Assembly: GCA_937879875.1 (NCBI GenBank)
Contig: CALFMN010000154.1
Span: 2,071-66,070 of the forward strand
Length of the DNA: 64,000 nt
Direction of reading: 5' to 3'
Origin: an uncultured Chloroflexota bacterium
GTDB lineage: Bacteria; Chloroflexota; Dehalococcoidia; CAUJGQ01
The translations under genes and the position numbers were made by a program. Each line of letters starts with the position of its first letter. The first letter of the stretch is position 1. Under the pieces are notes generated by a model. That model did not search any database. It was given only the letters and a program-made list of their open reading frames with translations, and had not been told where the DNA came from. Shown here in pieces: positions 60,576 through 64,000 of the stretch.

Positions 60576-61889
60576 CTAGCGTGTCGCGGCCGCGGGCACG
60601 AGTTCCCGTTCCCGGGGAAGTGTGCTGTGCCCGGTCAACTCGTCGCCTGCCGGAATCAGGCGGCTGCGCGTGCGGCGCAGGTAGAGCAGCGACGCCGCGA
60701 TGCCGGCGATGCAGATGCCGCCCATCGTGGCGACCGTCGGCTGCACGCCGGTGCGCTGCGCCATGCTGCCGATGATGAAACTGCCGATCGGCGTGCTGCC
60801 GGCGAAGAGCAGCGTCTGAATGCTCATCACGCGACCGCGCAACGGTGCGGGCGTGATCAGTTGCAGGCGGGCGCTGTTCGTGGCCGTGAAGATGCTGCTG
60901 CTCACGCCCAGCAGCACGAACAGCGGCGCGAGAGCCAGCCAACTGCTCGACAGGCCGATGGCGAAGAGGATCACGCTGAAGCAGGCCGCGCCGATCAGCA
61001 GCACGCGCCGCGTCGCCCGGCCGAGCCAGGCCACGGCCAGCGCCGCGACGACCGAGCCGGCCGCCATGCACGAGGTCAGCAGACCGTAGCCTACGGCGCT
61101 GGTATGTAGTACGAACTGTGCGATCAGCGGCGTAAACACCTGGAAGTTGTAGCCGAAGGTGCCGATCACGGCCATCGTGATCACGGCGAGACAGATATCG
61201 GGCGTCGTGACGGCGTAATGCAGCCCTTCACCCACCTGCTTGATCATCGCCGCGCGCTTCGGCCGTTCGACCTTATAAAAGCGGTCTGGCTCCATCATCA
61301 GCAGGCCCGCCAGCACGGCGATGAAGCTGACCGCGTTGAGGTAGAAGCACAGTGCCGTACCCAGCGTCGCCACGGTGAGTCCACCGAGGGCAGGGCCAAC
61401 CAGCCGTGTCATCTGCAATTGCGACGAGTTGAGCGCGACCGCGTTGGGCACGTCCTTCGGCCCAACCATCTCCATCACGAAGGCCTGGCGGGCCGGCATG
61501 TCGAGCGCATTCGCCGTGCCCTGGACCGCGGCGAGCAGATAGATGACCGGCAGGTTGACGAGATGCGCCGAAGTCAGCACGGCGAGCACGACGGCCTGGA
61601 CGGCCATGGTCGTCTGCGTGCCGATCAGCAAACGCTGCCGCTGCAACCGGTCGGCGACCACGCCGCCGAACAGCGAGAGCAGCAAGACCGGCAGGAACTG
61701 AAATGTAGACACCGCGCCGAGCGCCAGCGCCGAGTGCGTGCGGCTGAGCACGAACCAGGCGAGCGCCGTGGACTGCATCCAGGTGCCGACCTGGGAGATG
61801 AGCTGGCCGAAAAAGTAGAGGCGGTAGTTGCGAATGCGCAGTGAAGCCCAGGTGGCGCCGAGCGGCGGGCGTTCCCCGCCCACGCTCAT
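60576..61889 (-). CDS. MFS transporter (EntS/drug-efflux-like)
   Basis: It has 12 TM helices and 437 aa. Its start overlaps the marR stop. Confidence 0.85.
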   Translation of the reverse strand: MSVGGERPPLGATWASLRIRNYRLYFFGQLISQVGTWMQSTALAWFVLSRTHSALALGAVSTFQFLPVLLLSLFGGVVADRLQRQRLLIGTQTTMAVQAVVLAVLTSAHLVNLPVIYLLAAVQGTANALDMPARQAFVMEMVGPKDVPNAVALNSSQLQMTRLVGPALGGLTVATLGTALCFYLNAVSFIAVLAGLLMMEPDRFYKVERPKRAAMIKQVGEGLHYAVTTPDICLAVITMAVIGTFGYNFQVFTPLIAQFVLHTSAVGYGLLTSCMAAGSVVAALAVAWLGRATRRVLLIGAACFSVILFAIGLSSSWLALAPLFVLLGVSSSIFTATNSARLQLITPAPLRGRVMSIQTLLFAGSTPIGSFIIGSMAQRTGVQPTVATMGGICIAGIAASLLYLRRTRSRLIPAGDELTGHSTLPRERELVPAAATR

Positions 61890-62374
61890 GGCTGCGCCTC
61901 CGGCGGCTCGGCGTCGGACACGAGCGGCAGCGCTGAGCGGGCCGCGGTGGAAGCGTTCGCCAGCCGTTCGAGTGCGACGGTGACCTCGGCGATCGCGCCG
62001 CCAAGCTGTTGCATGACCTCGTCGAGGAAGGCGACGGCCGGGCCGCGCAGCTCACCTACCAGCGCCTCGCCCTGCGTCGTTAGCTGCAAGGGAATCTGGC
62101 GCCGGTCGCCCGGGGCCGAGGTGCGCTCGATCAGCCCGCGGTCGGCCAGCTTGCCGACAAGGCCGCTGGTGGTGGAGACGGTGACGCCGATCGCGCGGGC
62201 CAGCTCGCCTGTCGTGATGCCGGGAGTACGCCGCACCTGATAGAGCACCCGCAGTTGCGGCAGGGTGACGTGCCACTGCTCCCACTGCCGCAGACGTACC
62301 ACGTCGAGGTCGCGCACGGCCTGCCAGTAGGCCTGCCTGAACCGCGCTTCGACGTTGGACTGCCCGCTGCTCAT
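61886..62374 (-). CDS. MarR-family transcriptional regulator
   Basis: The winged HTH is LPQLRVLYQVRRTPGITTGELARAIGVTVSTTSGLVGKLADRGLIER. Confidence 0.8.
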   Translation of the reverse strand: MSSGQSNVEARFRQAYWQAVRDLDVVRLRQWEQWHVTLPQLRVLYQVRRTPGITTGELARAIGVTVSTTSGLVGKLADRGLIERTSAPGDRRQIPLQLTTQGEALVGELRGPAVAFLDEVMQQLGGAIAEVTVALERLANASTAARSALPLVSDAEPPEAQP

Positions 62375-62456
62375 GCGACAATTGTACGGCAACACAGGAC
62401 AGTTTGTCAACGCGGATCAGTCCGTTGCTGCGGATCGATTTGGCGTGGCGCCGCAG

Positions 62457-63455
62457 TTAGTCTTCGCCGGGCGCAAGCACGCGGCCGCTGGGCATATGGA
62501 TGCGCACCGGCTCCAAATAGACGGGAGCTACGGTCGTCGTCTCTGGCAGCAGGTGCGAAACCGCCATTTTCAGCGGTTCGGTCGCCATATCCAGCCACAT
62601 CGGGTACAGGTCGTCGTGGTGCGCGGCGAGCAGCACTTTTGGCCGGTACAGCTCGACCAGCGGCAGGGTGCGCTCGTCGAGCTGGCGGCGCACCAGCGGC
62701 CGGCCGATGAAGCCGACGATCGCCGCGTCGACGCCGCCGATCTTGTCGAAGCAGGCTCGCTCCTCGGCGCTGATCGGGCCAGCGCTGTCACGGTAGACCA
62801 AACGGAAGTCACCGAACTCGAAGATCATGCACATGGTCGCTTCTTCGAGCACGGCCTTATCCATGCTGCCGCGCGAGCGCACCGCGTCGTAGTGCGCCTG
62901 CTCGTCCGGGGTCAGCGGACCCAGGTCGTCCTCCCACTGCTCGCGCACCTTGAGCAGCGCCTGTACGTTCGGCCGCGGATCGGGCAGGTCTTCGTCGGCC
63001 ATCAGGTGGAAGCCATGCAGAATGCGCACGCGGTATTCGCCGAACTCGATCACGTCACCGTCGCCGAGGCCGCGATAGCCCTGCGTCTGCTTCGGGTTCA
63101 ACCCCTCGCGCACGACGACCTCAGAGGCGATCGGGTGGCCGAACACGGTCGCGCCGGTGCGCTGCGCCACGGCGGCGGCATCGGAGATGTGATCGTAGTG
63201 CGGATGGCCGATGAAGATCTCGCTGGCGCGCTGCACGTCTTGCGGGCCGAAGCCGATCGGCCGCATGCGCGGACCGCGATCGTAGTGGCAGTCGAGCAGG
63301 AAGACGCGGCCGCCGGCGTTGACCTCGAAGTTGGCGGTGCCGAGCCAGCGCAGCGTGAGCAGGTCCGGCCGCGCTTCGATGGTGCCGCCGAGCATGGCGG
63401 GCAGGCTGAAGGCGTCGCGGTTGCCGCCGAGGTCGCCGCGTGAATGGTGCGTCAT
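62457..63455 (-). CDS. MBL-fold metallo-hydrolase
   Basis: HPHYDHISD metal-binding motif is present. Start MTHHSRG follows a GAGGAG ribosome-binding site. The N-terminal extension in the ORF track comes from the repeat element. Confidence 0.8.
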   Translation of the reverse strand: MTHHSRGDLGGNRDAFSLPAMLGGTIEARPDLLTLRWLGTANFEVNAGGRVFLLDCHYDRGPRMRPIGFGPQDVQRASEIFIGHPHYDHISDAAAVAQRTGATVFGHPIASEVVVREGLNPKQTQGYRGLGDGDVIEFGEYRVRILHGFHLMADEDLPDPRPNVQALLKVREQWEDDLGPLTPDEQAHYDAVRSRGSMDKAVLEEATMCMIFEFGDFRLVYRDSAGPISAEERACFDKIGGVDAAIVGFIGRPLVRRQLDERTLPLVELYRPKVLLAAHHDDLYPMWLDMATEPLKMAVSHLLPETTTVAPVYLEPVRIHMPSGRVLAPGED

Positions 63456-63472
63456 GCCGGTCTCCTCTAACT

Positions 63473-63762
63473 GGCCCTCATAACCCCCTTCCCCTTCTCT
63501 CCCATACACAAGGGAGGGGAGATCCGCTGCGTTCTACGAGCGTATGGGAGAGAAGGGGCGATCCTGTTTGTAGCGCGCCGATCGGCGTCGGGTTACCGGC
63601 GACTCCGGGCGCGTGCCACGCGCCCAATGGGGCGTTGCTGACATGCCATCGCCCCGCGATTCCTCCCAGCGATCGCCCCTTCTCTCCCATACAGGCCGCA
63701 ATCGTCCCGTGGTCTCAAAGCCCCTGTGTATGGGAGAGAAGAGGGTCGGGGTTATGAGGGCC
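63473..63762. repeat. Hairpin repeat element, family 2, copy G (GGCCCTCATAACCCCC...GGGGTTATGAGGGCC; CTCTCCCATAC / GTATGGGAGAGA hairpins)
   Basis: About 290 bp with four copies of the CCCTTCTCTCCCATACA unit in alternating orientation. It generates mirror-image spurious ORFs (MYGREGEGGYEG on both strands). Confidence 0.5.
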
Positions 63763-64000
63763 GCTCCGTCGCGTGCGCCGCCTCCCCGCTGGCCAGCGCC
63801 GCCAGGATCGCCTGCACGAGGCCGCGCGCCGACTCGGCGCTCAGCTCCACGGCGACGCGCTCACCGGGGGCGCCGGCCGCGGGCACGAAATCGATGTTGA
63901 GCGCGTGGTCGAGCTGCGCGTGGTAGGGATGGTCGAAGTACACGTTGGCTTGATCGACGCGCATCCAACCGTTCGCACCCTTGGCACTGCCGACGAGCAG
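63752..64000 (-). CDS. Hypothetical protein, C-terminal part only (N-terminus beyond window)
   Basis: The frame is open from the window edge to a stop at 63752. ...DQANVYFDHPYHAQLDHALNIDFVPAAG... looks protein-like. Confidence 0.35.
   Translation of the reverse strand: MLVGSAKGANGWMRVDQANVYFDHPYHAQLDHALNIDFVPAAGAPGERVAVELSAESARGLVQAILAALASGEAAHATERPS

Noticed and set aside
63478-63926. ORFs 63478..63690 - and 63726..63926 + and the N-terminal extension of 62457..63509
   Set aside because: Mirror-image MYGREGEGGYEG peptides on both strands arise from the palindromic CTCTCCCATAC repeat units. The real MBL gene starts at the internal Met (63455) with its own GAGGAG ribosome-binding site.

Overview
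This 64 kb window is about 70% GC and gene-dense, with GGAGG-type ribosome-binding sites. Several genes look F420-dependent: an LLM-class oxidoreductase, a PPOX-class enzyme and several ester cyclases. There is a eukaryotic-type Ser/Thr kinase and many FHA-domain proteins, so the source is most likely a Chloroflexota- or Actinomycetota-like bacterium. That assignment is inference only.

Main content in order:
- A partial thiamine-pyrophosphate (TPP) enzyme gene at the 5' edge.
- A co-directional minus-strand cluster: an FHA/OmpR-type regulator, a Hanks-type Ser/Thr kinase, a secreted fibronectin-III protein, a small protein and a lipoprotein.
- Two tandem small ORFs of 48 and 53 aa. Each sits behind a duplicated leader of about 55 bp with an identical GGAGGAACGAG ribosome-binding site.
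- A metallo-beta-lactamase (MBL) gene and a TetR gene separated by a perfect 26-bp palindrome.
- An amidohydrolase, a haloacetate-dehalogenase-like alpha/beta hydrolase, a vapBC toxin-antitoxin pair, a formamidase and a HAD hydrolase.
- A sulfate-activation operon: yezD-like, tauE, cysH, cysC, sat.
- A crotonase, an LLM oxidoreductase, a DinB-like protein and an HxlR-SCP2 regulator.
- A lower-GC restriction-modification island (vsr, dcm, restriction endonuclease) sitting next to a truncated adenylate-cyclase fragment.
- ilvC, a TetR regulator, short-chain dehydrogenase/reductase (SDR) genes (one frameshifted), two tandem ester cyclases and a large AAA-LuxR regulator.
- A Uma2 endonuclease, an APH-like kinase, a PaiB regulator, a cyclase-family protein, an FAD-linked oxidase, an APC permease and a GAF-PAS-GGDEF-EAL protein.
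- Three tandem paralogous genes, each fusing multiple FHA domains to an ABC ATPase and an ABC-2 permease, about 9 kb in total. Copies of a miniature inverted-repeat (MITE)-like element are interleaved with them.
- A PPOX-class enzyme, alkA, a class-V aminotransferase, an MFS transporter with a MarR regulator, and another MBL hydrolase.

Three families of short repeats are scattered through the window. The first is the MITE-like element, about 210-280 bp, with GGGGCACCTAACCCTGA terminal inverted repeats and an internal GGAGCGCTCC palindrome. It has four full and one degenerate copy. The second is a GGCCCTCA...TGAGGGCC-bounded hairpin element. The third is a set of G-quadruplex-capable TAGGGAATAG-type repeats.

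No tRNA, rRNA or CRISPR was found. Many long ORFs in the supplied track are antisense high-GC artefacts and are listed as rejected.
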